Shown here: piece after piece, positions 1 to 10,161 of the stretch
How positions within the stretch are numbered: position 1 is the stretch's first letter
Layout of the letters: the number at the start of each line of letters is the position of its first letter
NCBI GenBank assembly: GCA_027022365.1
Contig: JALVYU010000026.1
Coordinates: 32,001 to 96,000, forward strand
Source: Desulfurococcales archaeon
GTDB taxonomy: Archaea; Thermoproteota; Thermoprotei_A; Sulfolobales; Desulfurococcaceae
DNA: 64,000 nucleotides
Reading direction: 5' to 3'
Program-made: the position numbers and the translations under genes
The notes under the pieces: generated by a model
What the model was told of the DNA's origin: nothing
Database searches by the model: none
The model's input: the letters and a program-made list of their open reading frames with translations, nothing else

Positions 1-27
1 TTGATAAATATCCTATGGGGGTAGCAA

Positions 28-249
28 ATGGTAAAGGCACGGGATGTCGTTACACCCATAATAGGGTTTATACTCGTAGGTTTCAGTATCTATGTATTTC
101 TATCGGCCATAAGACTCATGATAATCCGTGATGTCCCGAGCAGTCTACTAGCTACACTAATAGGCTTTGTATCGCTAAGTGGCGGTATTACGATGATACG
201 CACATGGAGTCTTACAAGGTATCTTGCCGAGAAAAAAGAAGAGAAATAG
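28..249 (+). CDS. small membrane protein (2 TM)
   Basis: 73-aa ORF with two hydrophobic segments and a charged C-terminal tail. Confidence 0.7.
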   Translation: MVKARDVVTPIIGFILVGFSIYVFLSAIRLMIIRDVPSSLLATLIGFVSLSGGITMIRTWSLTRYLAEKKEEK

Positions 250-320
250 TCAGCCAGGGGTTCACTGCGCACATCACACCCCTGTAGCGGGGTGCTCGCC
301 AGCGGCAGGGCCTCTTCATA
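248..320 (-). ncRNA. candidate C/D-box sRNA
   Basis: GC-rich intergenic stretch; minus strand reads ATGAAGA (C) ... GCGA (D') ... CACCCC/GGGGTG hairpin ... GTGATGT (C') ... CTGA (D). Confidence 0.5.
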
Positions 321-394
321 CCAGTGTAAGATATTAGTGGTGGGACTCTAATTTTTAACTCACATATTACCAGTTTAAAGTTAGGTGGAGTACA

Positions 395-1453
395 ATGGTT
401 AGTGGCGAGTTACTGCAGTTCATGTCCCGAAGCATTAGCGGCGACATAATATATACTTCGACGACCCCGAATATCCGATTGGGCGGCTTCCACCCTTCTA
501 GGGAAACTATTCCCTTAAGCCTCGTCCATCCTAAAAATGCTGAGCTAGACTGTGCACTCCTTGAGATAGGAGTTATTGTTCCGAGACCGGACGTTCACTG
601 GAGGGTGAAGGTTAACGGCATATCTGTTACGAAGGAATTCAAACCGCATGTAACGGCCCGGCTTAAAACGGGTTTGTTTGCAAAACTTGTTTATGATATA
701 ACCAGTATCCTGAAGACCCCGGAGGGCCTCCGTAGAAGGAGAGTCAATGTAACCTTTAAACAAGATGGTGGCGAACACATAGTAATCGATCACATAGGGA
801 TACTGGCTCTATACAAAAGCGACGAAGCATACACGGACATCCTATACCTTAGCGGGGCACTAAGCATAGAGCCCGGAGAAGAATATTCTTCTGAACTAAG
901 ATACCCTGGATCAACAGGTGTTTTCAGGAGCACGGTCTTCCTGCCAAGTAAATACGCTAGGGGCTCTATCGTGATCGATGATAATCTCTCAATACCTCTC
1001 GAAGGATTCCAAGGTTACGACGAGGTAGTATCTCAACTAGACGGCATAAGTCCCGGAGTCCGTGTCAAGATAATTCATGAAGAAACGTCGACTCAGTATT
1101 TCCCGAAGGAGATGAGGGTTTCGAACATACTGGTATACAACACGAGATACAAGCCCACTAAGCTGGAGCTCGTCGATGTAGCCTATAATAAGAAGGGGGC
1201 CGAGGATGTGGATTTCATCATCAAGCTCGCAAACACTGGAGAGACAAGACCTGATATGAATATGGTTGTAATAATGTATTTAGGGAATGTTGCAGCTAGG
1301 AAGATCTTCCAGCCAATCGAGCCTGGCCAAGAGCGTGAACTAAGAATATCAACTAAGCTCCCGAAAGGAGAATACGATATTGTTGTTCGCATCATATGGA
1401 GAAAATTATCAAAGACGTGGTTTGAGGATCGGAAACTACGCATAAAGGTCTGA
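395..1453 (+). CDS. hypothetical beta-rich protein with C-terminal CARDB/Ig-like domain
   Basis: GGTGG RBS; C-terminus has I-K-L-A-N-T-G ... IEPGQE ... GEYDIVV pattern of CARDB-like domains. Confidence 0.6.
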   Translation: MVSGELLQFMSRSISGDIIYTSTTPNIRLGGFHPSRETIPLSLVHPKNAELDCALLEIGVIVPRPDVHWRVKVNGISVTKEFKPHVTARLKTGLFAKLVYDITSILKTPEGLRRRRVNVTFKQDGGEHIVIDHIGILALYKSDEAYTDILYLSGALSIEPGEEYSSELRYPGSTGVFRSTVFLPSKYARGSIVIDDNLSIPLEGFQGYDEVVSQLDGISPGVRVKIIHEETSTQYFPKEMRVSNILVYNTRYKPTKLELVDVAYNKKGAEDVDFIIKLANTGETRPDMNMVVIMYLGNVAARKIFQPIEPGQERELRISTKLPKGEYDIVVRIIWRKLSKTWFEDRKLRIKV

Positions 1454-1460
1454 ATAGGTT

Positions 1461-2285
1461 TCAAACATAGTGTATCTCCAAATCCTTACCATCCACATAT
1501 TCTTCTATGAGTTTCCGATGTTCTCTTCTCGTGCCTTTCTTTTCGACAACAATGATCTCCGGTGGAGGAACTGTTTTCTCTACCATCATGTCGAGAGTTT
1601 CGAATGACAGATATGGCAATGCATACTTGGCCATGATGTGGCCATACGTATATTTTTGCTCGAGGGCTAGCCTAGTGTGTTTTCTAGGATAGTGTCCTCC
1701 GCCTATCCCAATTGCTACTCGTGTCTTTAGAGGCCCCTTCTCGAGGAATTCCACGACGGCTAGGCCAACTACTTCGTGGTTTGAGGCAAGGCTCCATTCA
1801 TCCAATGAGCTACCGATCTCGATGAAGCATAGAGGCTTCGAAACCTCTGTTGGCCCGTGATGCGTAGCTTCATAACTGACCTCGTATTCCCTACACTTAC
1901 CTTTTTCTTCACAATAATGTTTGAGGCCAAGCAATAATCTATGAGACGCTGTCGAGAAAGCTGGTGCCAGTCTGCTTGGTTTACCACCATATGGTGCTTC
2001 AGGCCCATAGTTCCCCGTATGGTGTACGGTGAAACTCTTAACTCGTTTAGCGCTTGAGTGCCGCGAGAGTATAATGTATCCATCCATGTTGCCTACCCGC
2101 TTATCCAGGAAGTCGAAGTAAATAGTGTCTTCGCTAAACCCCACTAAGACGAAGCGTTTTTCCTCAAAACATTCTTCTGCTCCAGATATCTGCTCGCTGC
2201 ATTTCCCTAGGCTAAAATAGTCTCTGATCCAGTATGCAATACCTTTCCCGGCAGGGTCTTTCAGACTATATATTAGGCCATACAT
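1461..2285 (-). CDS. dtdA: D-aminoacyl-tRNA deacylase (archaeal DTD2/GEK1 type)
   Basis: Motifs SRHSS, TVHHTGN, EATHHGPT, FIEIGS, GIGGGHY. Confidence 0.9.
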   Translation of the reverse strand: MYGLIYSLKDPAGKGIAYWIRDYFSLGKCSEQISGAEECFEEKRFVLVGFSEDTIYFDFLDKRVGNMDGYIILSRHSSAKRVKSFTVHHTGNYGPEAPYGGKPSRLAPAFSTASHRLLLGLKHYCEEKGKCREYEVSYEATHHGPTEVSKPLCFIEIGSSLDEWSLASNHEVVGLAVVEFLEKGPLKTRVAIGIGGGHYPRKHTRLALEQKYTYGHIMAKYALPYLSFETLDMMVEKTVPPPEIIVVEKKGTRREHRKLIEEYVDGKDLEIHYV

Positions 2286-2388
2286 GCTCGCAGCACCATC
2301 AAGGCAATCATGTTATACCAGTGTAAGAATAGATTATGAAATAATGCTATTTAGGATATAGTGCTCGGAAAGAAGAAAGGGATTAACA

Positions 2389-3084
2389 ATGTTTAGGATT
2401 AATGAGAGTGTTTGGCGAAGACGTAAGATTGAGTTCTGGCAGAGGCTGTGGGAAGATCTCGAGATAGGGTATCTCGACGAAGATCTAATGCCGATCCTCA
2501 TACTATTCTATACAGACAAGAAAATACATACCTTAAGCAGCTGTAGTGGAAGAATAATCGTTGCCGATTCAACGTTTCCATGGAGCAGGGAAGAGACTAG
2601 TGTTGTATATAAGAAGCACTCCCCCATCAGCGTGGATGAAGTAGAGGATATCTTAGAATATTCTCCGGTGAGACGATTATGGCTTAATGTTACGGGCCCC
2701 ATAATACATGTTTCCGCCTTAGATATGGGTACTGCAGAGAAAGTCCTAGTTATTGCGAGGAACTCGGGAATGAAGCACAGTGGTATCCTCTCCTTGTCCG
2801 AGAACAAGGGAATAGTCCTCGAGCTTACAACAGGTGTTAAACTTACACATTTACTAAGAACTCCGGGAACACTGATTACTGATTTGTCTAAATTAGACAG
2901 GCTTATTGACATTGCGAACCAAGTATTATTAGAGGGTAAAAAGATTCTCTGTAGACTATATGCGGCTCTGAAAAAATATATGCCATTCATACCCGACGAC
3001 GAAATAATCAGTGATCTCAGAGGCCACGGTCTGTCTTTGGAAAAACTATCTCCTCCAAATTATTGTCAAGAACTCTTGTTATAA
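2389..3084 (+). CDS. taw3: tRNA(Phe) wyosine methyltransferase Taw3/Tyw3
   Basis: GYLDED, TLSSCSGRI, PIIHV, GMKHSGI motifs. Confidence 0.9.
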   Translation: MFRINESVWRRRKIEFWQRLWEDLEIGYLDEDLMPILILFYTDKKIHTLSSCSGRIIVADSTFPWSREETSVVYKKHSPISVDEVEDILEYSPVRRLWLNVTGPIIHVSALDMGTAEKVLVIARNSGMKHSGILSLSENKGIVLELTTGVKLTHLLRTPGTLITDLSKLDRLIDIANQVLLEGKKILCRLYAALKKYMPFIPDDEIISDLRGHGLSLEKLSPPNYCQELLL

Positions 3085-4216
3085 TATGATCGATTCTTTG
3101 CAACTCTTTTGAAAGAACGGACAGTTCTTTCTCCCCTATAGATATTGTTGGGTGCGATGGCCTCAGACGGCATTTTCCAACGTCAACGTTCAGCTCGTTA
3201 AACCCCATTCTCCTACCCAGCTCGATTATCTCTAGCTTATCCATGAAAGCAACAGGTCTGTACACTGGAATAGGCGAGAGCATAGTTAGGGCGGACATAT
3301 TATTTAGAGTTTGAGATGCAACCTGCCCTATCGATTCACCCGTGACTATTCCACGACAACCTATTTTTTGGGCTAACTTGAATGCGTATCTATACATTAT
3401 TGCTTTGCAGGCAATACACCTAATACCAGCGGGAATCTTAAGCTCTAGTAGAGGCTTTGATGCGTTCTTAATGATATAGGCCTTCATATCATACCACGGC
3501 ACCCACTCATATAGTAGTTTTAACGAGCGATGAGCTCTCATAATTGCCTTCTCCCCCCAGTACGGATATAAATCAACAAATAATGGAATAATCTTGACAC
3601 CCCGCTTCATTGCTAAGACTGACGCTACCGCAGAATCTACACCACCCGATACAAGCGATATGAGGCACCCCTCTACCCCGTACGGCAACCCGCCTGGGCC
3701 TGGTATTTCTTCGGTGTAGACGTATACTTTGCGCCGCCTTATCTCAACCCTGATCTCTATATCAGGCATATCTAGATCAATTCTCAATCCCGTCCTATAA
3801 GCTACTCTATCGCTAAGCTCCTTGGCTAGGCCACGCGAGGATATCGGAGCATCTCCTCGTATGACCCTTATAGCAAAACTATCTATATCGAGGAAAGAGA
3901 TTATCTCGATGATCGAATCAAGGATCTTTCTCGGAGAAAAATCTAACTGTATTGCCGGGCTAAAACTTGAAATCCCAAATACATGTCCAAGTATATCAAA
4001 TAGTCTATTGCTAGGTTCTGGATCGATAATTACTATCCTAGGTTCGTAAGCAACTATTTTTGTATCGAAACCTTCACGGACCAATCTTTTCTCTATGCTT
4101 TCCACTAGTCTATTAAACATATATTTTCGCGACCACGAGCCCAGTCTCACCATATACTCGCCGGGCCTTACAAGCGTGGTGTTCCATAGTTCATACGACA
4201 TTATAAGCACCATCAT
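3017..4216 (-). CDS. thiI: tRNA sulfurtransferase ThiI (THUMP + PP-loop)
   Basis: SGGVDS PP-loop, GPGGLPYG, CIAC, TGESIGQVASQT, RPV. Confidence 0.9.
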   Translation of the reverse strand: MMVLIMSYELWNTTLVRPGEYMVRLGSWSRKYMFNRLVESIEKRLVREGFDTKIVAYEPRIVIIDPEPSNRLFDILGHVFGISSFSPAIQLDFSPRKILDSIIEIISFLDIDSFAIRVIRGDAPISSRGLAKELSDRVAYRTGLRIDLDMPDIEIRVEIRRRKVYVYTEEIPGPGGLPYGVEGCLISLVSGGVDSAVASVLAMKRGVKIIPLFVDLYPYWGEKAIMRAHRSLKLLYEWVPWYDMKAYIIKNASKPLLELKIPAGIRCIACKAIMYRYAFKLAQKIGCRGIVTGESIGQVASQTLNNMSALTMLSPIPVYRPVAFMDKLEIIELGRRMGFNELNVDVGKCRLRPSHPTISIGEKELSVLSKELQRIDHIITRVLDNNLEEIVFPKTDRGL

Positions 4217-4276
4217 AGGTGTTGAGGGTAGGAGTTTTATTACTGTTTATTACTTTTTTTGTTTAGGCGATATTAT

Positions 4277-4621
4277 ATGTCAGACGAAACAAAATATGTA
4301 TCTTATGAAGAGTTCATGAAGATAGATCTTAGGGTAGGCAAAGTTATCAGTGCCGAAAGAGTCAAGGGAAGCAAAAAACTGTTAAGACTAATAGTTGATC
4401 TGGGAGAGCTCGGCAAGAGGCAGATCATTGCAGGTCTAGGCAAATGGTATGAGCCAGAATACTTTATTGGAAAGAATATCATCGTTGTCGCCAATCTACA
4501 GCCAAAGAAGATCTTCGGACTAGAGAGCCAAGGAATGTTGTTAGCCGCCGATACTCCGGAGGGAACGCCTGTGCTCTTAACAACCGATAAACCAGTAGAA
4601 CCGGGCGCCAAGGTTAGGTAA
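4277..4621 (+). CDS. tRNA-binding OB-fold protein (Trbp111/CsaA/MetRS C-domain)
   Basis: DLRVGKV, RQIIAGL, NLQPKKIFGLESQGMLLAA; start moved to ATG at 4277. Confidence 0.85.
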   Translation: MSDETKYVSYEEFMKIDLRVGKVISAERVKGSKKLLRLIVDLGELGKRQIIAGLGKWYEPEYFIGKNIIVVANLQPKKIFGLESQGMLLAADTPEGTPVLLTTDKPVEPGAKVR

Positions 4622-4650
4622 AAGGCCTTTGTAGTTACAAACTTTATTCA

Positions 4651-6054
4651 TTACTCGATCTTTTTCCTATATTTCATATATTTTATCATTGCTGCAAGAC
4701 TGGCGACTGCTCTTTCCGGACTGGGATAAGCTGGTATACCGTTCCTATTGAGTATCTTCATAGCTTCATACGTGTCATATCCTCCAACAAAACCAGCAAC
4801 TATTGGTTTCTGCTTGTCCTTATGCTTATTCACGACATCTATAATCGCTCTCGCCAGGTATCTCGGGTCTAGGATCGCGGTCCTACAATATAGAACAACA
4901 ATATTATCAACCTCAGGACTCTCATAAGCAGTTTCCAGTGCTTTGACATAGTTCTCAACGCCAGCCTGGCCAGTAAGGTCTACAGGGTTCTTGGGGCTAC
5001 CGAACCACGGCATAGCTTTTCTTAGTTCTTCCTTTAACTGCTCACTAGGCACTATTAGCTCGACGCCGTGCTCCTCCGCCGCATCAGTTGCTAGGACTCC
5101 GACTCCTCCACCGTTAGTTATTATTATTGTCTTCTCTCCACGAGGTATCGGTTGCTCTGCAAACGCTCTTGCCCAATCAAACATCTCCTCCACGGTCAGA
5201 GCTCTTAGGATGCCTGCTTGTTTAAATGCCGCACTATATATCTGATCGCTACCCGCGAGGCTACCAGTATGGCTTGCAGCTGCCTGGGCACCTCTCTTGC
5301 TACGGCCTGCCTTGATCACTATGACTGGTTTCTTCTTTGTGATCTTCTTCATTTCTGTTATGAATCTCTGGCCCTGTCCCGGCTTGAGTCCTTCGAGATA
5401 AATTGTTATTACGCGGGTGTTGGGGTCATCGGCTAGGAAGTGTGATACGTCTACTGGGTCTATATCGCACATATTACCCATGCTCACGATTGCCGATATC
5501 CCTATCTCCTCCATTATAGTCCAGCCCATGAGCGCTATGCCTAGGGCCCCGCTCTGAGTAATGAAGGCTATTGGGCCCGCTCTGAGGTCTTTGGGGCCAA
5601 ATGTGGCGTTCAGATTGGCTGGAGTATATGCTATACCGAATATGTTTGGCCCTAGAACCCTCATACCATATTTTCTCGCGATTTCAACGAGCTTCCTCTC
5701 AGCCTCTACATTCCCTACCTCACTGAATCCTGATGTGATTACCACTAGTACTTTTACTCCTTTCTTACCAGCCTCTTCAGCTACTTTTAGTACGACTGGC
5801 TCGGGAACAACGATTATCGCCATATCGACCTCGTCCGGTATCTCTGTAAGGGATTTATAGGCCTTCAATCCCAGGATCTGGTCGGCCTTCGGGTTTACTG
5901 GATATATCTTGCCTTTGTAACCACACTCTATGATGTTCTTGAGAATCGTATAACCTATTTTGCCGGGATGTCTGCTGGCCCCGACGACAGCTATGCTTCT
6001 CGGCTTAAAAAGAGCCTCAATATTTGGATCTACCATAAGCACCACCCAAAGCAC
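4651..6054 (-). CDS. acdA: acetate/acyl-CoA ligase (ADP-forming) alpha subunit
   Basis: AVVGAS CoA-binding fold, GPN, QSGALG, ASHTGSLAG phospho-His, NPVDLTG. Confidence 0.9.
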   Translation of the reverse strand: MLWVVLMVDPNIEALFKPRSIAVVGASRHPGKIGYTILKNIIECGYKGKIYPVNPKADQILGLKAYKSLTEIPDEVDMAIIVVPEPVVLKVAEEAGKKGVKVLVVITSGFSEVGNVEAERKLVEIARKYGMRVLGPNIFGIAYTPANLNATFGPKDLRAGPIAFITQSGALGIALMGWTIMEEIGISAIVSMGNMCDIDPVDVSHFLADDPNTRVITIYLEGLKPGQGQRFITEMKKITKKKPVIVIKAGRSKRGAQAAASHTGSLAGSDQIYSAAFKQAGILRALTVEEMFDWARAFAEQPIPRGEKTIIITNGGGVGVLATDAAEEHGVELIVPSEQLKEELRKAMPWFGSPKNPVDLTGQAGVENYVKALETAYESPEVDNIVVLYCRTAILDPRYLARAIIDVVNKHKDKQKPIVAGFVGGYDTYEAMKILNRNGIPAYPSPERAVASLAAMIKYMKYRKKIE

Positions 6055-6134
6055 GTATATACGCGTGTTTTTCTACGTAGACTTCAATATACACTGATTC
6101 GGATATGTAGGTAATAAGGATTAATCTTTAAAAT

Positions 6135-6746
6135 TTACAATGAAACGCTCAGATAATTGTGAATATTCCTTAGGAACCCGATTATACTCTGATTAACACA
6201 GATATCTGCTATTTCACAGTAGGGATTATAAGAGCTATCAACAACTACGAGTCGGACATCTTTAATCTTCGGTACAACAATCATGATGTTTATGGGGCTA
6301 AGATAAGGTGATACGCCCAAAACAACTATTGTGTCTGAAGCCATTAAGTCCAGAAGCATATCTCTGTATTTTTCATAACTTAGACACGATCCTGTAGTTA
6401 TAAGCTTTTCATCTTCATCGTCGTATAAAAGACACAATACTTGTTCCCCCATGTAGCATTTTGTTAGACAATAAGGTGATACGTCGATCAAATGATCTAT
6501 AAGTCCACGATCATATAACGCCTTTATGTTCTGTAGCATCCCAGCAGCGTCTTCAACAATATCTTTACATCTATTGTTCCAGCTGAGATCAGTAGCAATG
6601 ATTTCTTCCTTATCAATAAAACTATATCTGTATGGTTGGTAGTCGTGGTAAGGGTGATATCCTAGCTCTTTATAGAAACCACTTCCAAGAACTACTGTAG
6701 TCTCGTAGTCTCGCATAAGCCTTATGATCTCTGAATAATTATTCAT
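6135..6746 (-). CDS. degenerate sirtuin/DHS-fold-like protein
   Basis: VVLGSG near N-terminus, DTIVVLGVS-P and ADICV near C-terminus resemble Sir2 Rossmann strands; no QNID/HG catalytic motifs. Confidence 0.4.
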   Translation of the reverse strand: MNNYSEIIRLMRDYETTVVLGSGFYKELGYHPYHDYQPYRYSFIDKEEIIATDLSWNNRCKDIVEDAAGMLQNIKALYDRGLIDHLIDVSPYCLTKCYMGEQVLCLLYDDEDEKLITTGSCLSYEKYRDMLLDLMASDTIVVLGVSPYLSPINIMIVVPKIKDVRLVVVDSSYNPYCEIADICVNQSIIGFLRNIHNYLSVSL

Positions 6747-8529
6747 TCCTTTCCCCTGGCAAGAACTTCTGGAAATGCTGAACTGAAAAGGCGTTGTCAC
6801 ATACTAGTTTCAATGCTTTTTCATTAAATATAGTGAAAGTATAGTTTATGTTTACTAGTTTTAGTGAGCCTATTGGGAGGGGGATCTCGAAGGTAAATGT
6901 CAATCGTTCTATTTTACCGTTTTTCTCGAGTATTTTACGGAGTTTAGAGAGTATTTTACTATAGGTTCCCGAGACAGCCCTTGATGATTTTTGGACAACA
7001 TATTTTGCTTTACCATGTAGTCTGAGATCAGGTTTTAGATATTCTTGATATTCTTCGTAGAGGATATCGATATCGTCTGGGACGGCATAGACTTTGCCTA
7101 GGTGTGTGTAAATATAGAGGATTTCCCCTCTTTCCATTAATTTTCTAAGAGCTTTAGCCACAATGTCGTAAGGCCATCCGATCGCTTCTGCGATCCATTC
7201 TAAGGGCATAGGACGGCCTTCAAGGATCGAAAGTATCTTATCACGTGTTGTTCTTCGCCACAGCCTTTCTAGAACTTCTTCATCGACTGGTATGTCGATA
7301 CCGCTCTTCTTAGCAAACTCAAGAGAATCAACAAGGCTATCCATATCCGGTGTATCAGGCGTCACAATGTATGCTACGAACTTCAGTCCCTTTCTGCCCG
7401 TTAGCCTGAGGATACGTCCATGCCGTTGAATGAATCTTAGAGGGCTTGCGACATTGCTCCAGATAACCAGAAGGTCGGCCATCGGAAGATCAAGGCCCTC
7501 CTCGCCCGCCGAAGTAGAGATTACTACTTTTGTTTGTTCACTATGTGCTCTATGCAGTACCTTTCTTACATCTTCTTTCATCTTTGCCTTGCCATATATC
7601 GCAACTGCCCCATACTGCTTAGATAATATCTTCTCGAGATACTTCGCGATAATGACTCTATCGACAAATACTATAGCTTTATTGAAATCATGGTCCCGCA
7701 GTATACGTAGTAGAGCATCTAGCTTATGTGCAGGCCTGATCCCAGGCTTATCAAGATACGGCCTTATAGGTGATAATATGAATGACAGGCGCGACTCTTT
7801 ATCTATACTTTCCTTAAGTGCTAGTGCACCGTCTCTGACAAACCATCGTATGGCTAGATTAACTAGTCCCCGATCGCGACCCGAAAGATCTAGTCTGAGA
7901 TCTTCTAGTCTCTCCAGCAAGGATTTTTCTTCATTGTTTAGCTCAGCCTCATAAATTTCTCCGATCCATGGTGGGACATATTTCTTTATTCTCTCATCGT
8001 TCCAGCTCCATCTCCTGATAGGGCCTATATATCTAGTTATCTCCGGCTCTCGAGCACGAGGTATATGGGCGGAAAGCCCCAGCCTTCTATCGAACTTCAT
8101 CTTCTTCATGAATTCTGCATATGCATCCTTGCCCGTGGTATGGTGGCACTCATCAACAACTACGACATTGTATCCGAGCGAAGCTATTATCTCGTGGTCG
8201 CTCAAAGCAGTCTCAGGGGTTGCGACAGCTATCTTTGCACGCATCCACAAGCTTTTTCTCTTATTCTTCGGATACTTACCATGAATTGGAAGCGCCTTTA
8301 CGCCTAGAACTTTATTTATATAGGACGCTACTTGTTCGACGAGAATTCTCGAAGGCTCTAGGAAAATTATTCTTCTAGCCTCACCTGTTTCCATGAGTTT
8401 CTTAGCCCAGAGAATAGCTATCAGGGTTTTACCTGAGCCCGTAGGCATAACTACGACTGCGCCCTTACGTTTTAGAGCCCATTCAGCGGCTTCTATCTGA
8501 TAGTCTCTAGGCTTTATCTTAAGCCTCAA
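6739..8529 (-). CDS. SF2 DEAH helicase (Hef/XPB-like) with C-terminal wHTH
   Basis: PRDYQ Q-motif, PTGSGKT, DECHH, EEGLD, QRHGR. Confidence 0.85.
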   Translation of the reverse strand: MRLKIKPRDYQIEAAEWALKRKGAVVVMPTGSGKTLIAILWAKKLMETGEARRIIFLEPSRILVEQVASYINKVLGVKALPIHGKYPKNKRKSLWMRAKIAVATPETALSDHEIIASLGYNVVVVDECHHTTGKDAYAEFMKKMKFDRRLGLSAHIPRAREPEITRYIGPIRRWSWNDERIKKYVPPWIGEIYEAELNNEEKSLLERLEDLRLDLSGRDRGLVNLAIRWFVRDGALALKESIDKESRLSFILSPIRPYLDKPGIRPAHKLDALLRILRDHDFNKAIVFVDRVIIAKYLEKILSKQYGAVAIYGKAKMKEDVRKVLHRAHSEQTKVVISTSAGEEGLDLPMADLLVIWSNVASPLRFIQRHGRILRLTGRKGLKFVAYIVTPDTPDMDSLVDSLEFAKKSGIDIPVDEEVLERLWRRTTRDKILSILEGRPMPLEWIAEAIGWPYDIVAKALRKLMERGEILYIYTHLGKVYAVPDDIDILYEEYQEYLKPDLRLHGKAKYVVQKSSRAVSGTYSKILSKLRKILEKNGKIERLTFTFEIPLPIGSLKLVNINYTFTIFNEKALKLVCDNAFSVQHFQKFLPGERNE

Positions 8530-8577
8530 TTCTATTGACCATAGAATAGTGTTGTTGATTTATGGTAAAAAATTAGA

Positions 8578-9459
8578 TTAAAGATATCGCGCCGCACGCT
8601 TCATGATCTCTGCATAGAGAGTTATTGTATCCTCGTACTTTGTCTCTGGTGGGCCAGTATATATTATATGCATTCTCAGCGAGAAACCTCTCTCCTTAAC
8701 TTCTTTAATCATGAACCGTGCTATAGCCTCCGCTAACGGGTCTAGGCTCGGGTATCCCTTGCCCAGCGGGACTCTCTTCTTCAGTAGTCTTCTGCCAAAG
8801 TACACACCGGTTACCTGGCTAAATCTCAGGCTTAGGAAACCATTGCTCAGGGTTAGTCCTCTTCTCAGTACTCTCATCCAGAAATCAACCGTTGCCTCCT
8901 TGTCCGCAGCGATGAAGTTTCCATGCTGATCTATCCTTGTCTCATACATGAACACGTTCTCGAGCTGTAGGCTCGGTATTACTCTATCGCTCCCCACAGC
9001 CTCTATGATCGCTTTTATTTCATCTAGGCTTCCGAGCTGTCTTCGTGTATAAGTCGTTTCTAGACTGATATACATGTTCTCGGGAGCAGCTTCGAGAAGC
9101 TTCTTGACTACTTCGACCACTGCATCTATATCTCTCTGATCCATGAACACCCTCCAGCCTATGTGGAGGTTGAATACCTCAGCTCCAGTAATTGCTGCCT
9201 TCTTGATGGCTGCAACTAATGCCTTCTCAATTCTTTCCTGAATATATTTCGAATCTGTCACCAGATTATAGTATGGTCCGTGAGCTACTATTGTCGTGAA
9301 CGCTTTCTTCGCAAATTCGCCGTAGGCTTCAAAGTATTCTTTTCCACGGCTCTTCCTCGAGAAATCCCATGGTGGTATCTCGGTTAGCCTCATTCCCAAT
9401 GCCGCTGCTTTTGTCGCGGTACTAAGGGCGTTATATGTTCCCCAGTCGAAGAGTATCAT
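8578..9459 (-). CDS. xylose-isomerase/AP endonuclease 2-like TIM barrel
   Basis: AHGPYYNL, LHIG, SLET, GSLDE. Confidence 0.65.
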   Translation of the reverse strand: MILFDWGTYNALSTATKAAALGMRLTEIPPWDFSRKSRGKEYFEAYGEFAKKAFTTIVAHGPYYNLVTDSKYIQERIEKALVAAIKKAAITGAEVFNLHIGWRVFMDQRDIDAVVEVVKKLLEAAPENMYISLETTYTRRQLGSLDEIKAIIEAVGSDRVIPSLQLENVFMYETRIDQHGNFIAADKEATVDFWMRVLRRGLTLSNGFLSLRFSQVTGVYFGRRLLKKRVPLGKGYPSLDPLAEAIARFMIKEVKERGFSLRMHIIYTGPPETKYEDTITLYAEIMKRAARYL

Positions 9460-9565
9460 CGGTGTCTCACCCCATTATAGCTCATATAAATTGTATCGGT
9501 TTACTAATTATTTTCTACAATACAATACTATTTTAATTGCTAAATATAATTGTTTCTTCAATGCT

Positions 9566-10159
9566 CTACCTGTACGAGATTATTCTCAGTTTTTCAAGAT
9601 CATATTCGAGCAATATATATCCTCCACGATAACATGGCGATGGCGACAAATAGAGGATATCGTTCTTCTCAATGATGACGGGGGCCTCATAGCTCAGACC
9701 CACCACAACGAGTGAAGGAGAAGCCGACTCTACAATTTTGTCCAGGAACCCATAGCCGACACAATAGCGTCCCATGAATTTGTTTCCGAGAAGCAAAGGG
9801 GGATAATAGGTCACGAATATATCGTAGTCGTCTTCGCGGAGCCTATCCACTACTTCCTGGTTTACATTAACTCCTAGGCCTGCAAGCTTTATTCTTTCAG
9901 AACCTATGCTGAGCGCCAATGTTTTGCCGTCCAGGAGAACACCTCTCGTCTTCAACCATTTGGAAATAGAGGGATCATCGTTTTCACCTATCACTCCCAC
10001 GATATACCGTGATAAATGCGACAGGAAATCAAGGATTTCAGGCGAAGAGATATCACCTGCCGAAATAATAATGTCGGGCCGAACCCTTATCTCTGCAAAT
10101 ATACTATGGACGGTGGCCTCGTTGCACAGGCATTTCCTGATACAGAGAATCAAGGCCAA
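9566..10159 (-). CDS. calcineurin-like metallophosphoesterase family (degenerate)
   Basis: AGDI, GENDD motifs; several metal ligands absent. Confidence 0.5.
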   Translation of the reverse strand: MALILCIRKCLCNEATVHSIFAEIRVRPDIIISAGDISSPEILDFLSHLSRYIVGVIGENDDPSISKWLKTRGVLLDGKTLALSIGSERIKLAGLGVNVNQEVVDRLREDDYDIFVTYYPPLLLGNKFMGRYCVGYGFLDKIVESASPSLVVVGLSYEAPVIIEKNDILYLSPSPCYRGGYILLEYDLEKLRIISYR

Positions 10160-10161
10160 CC

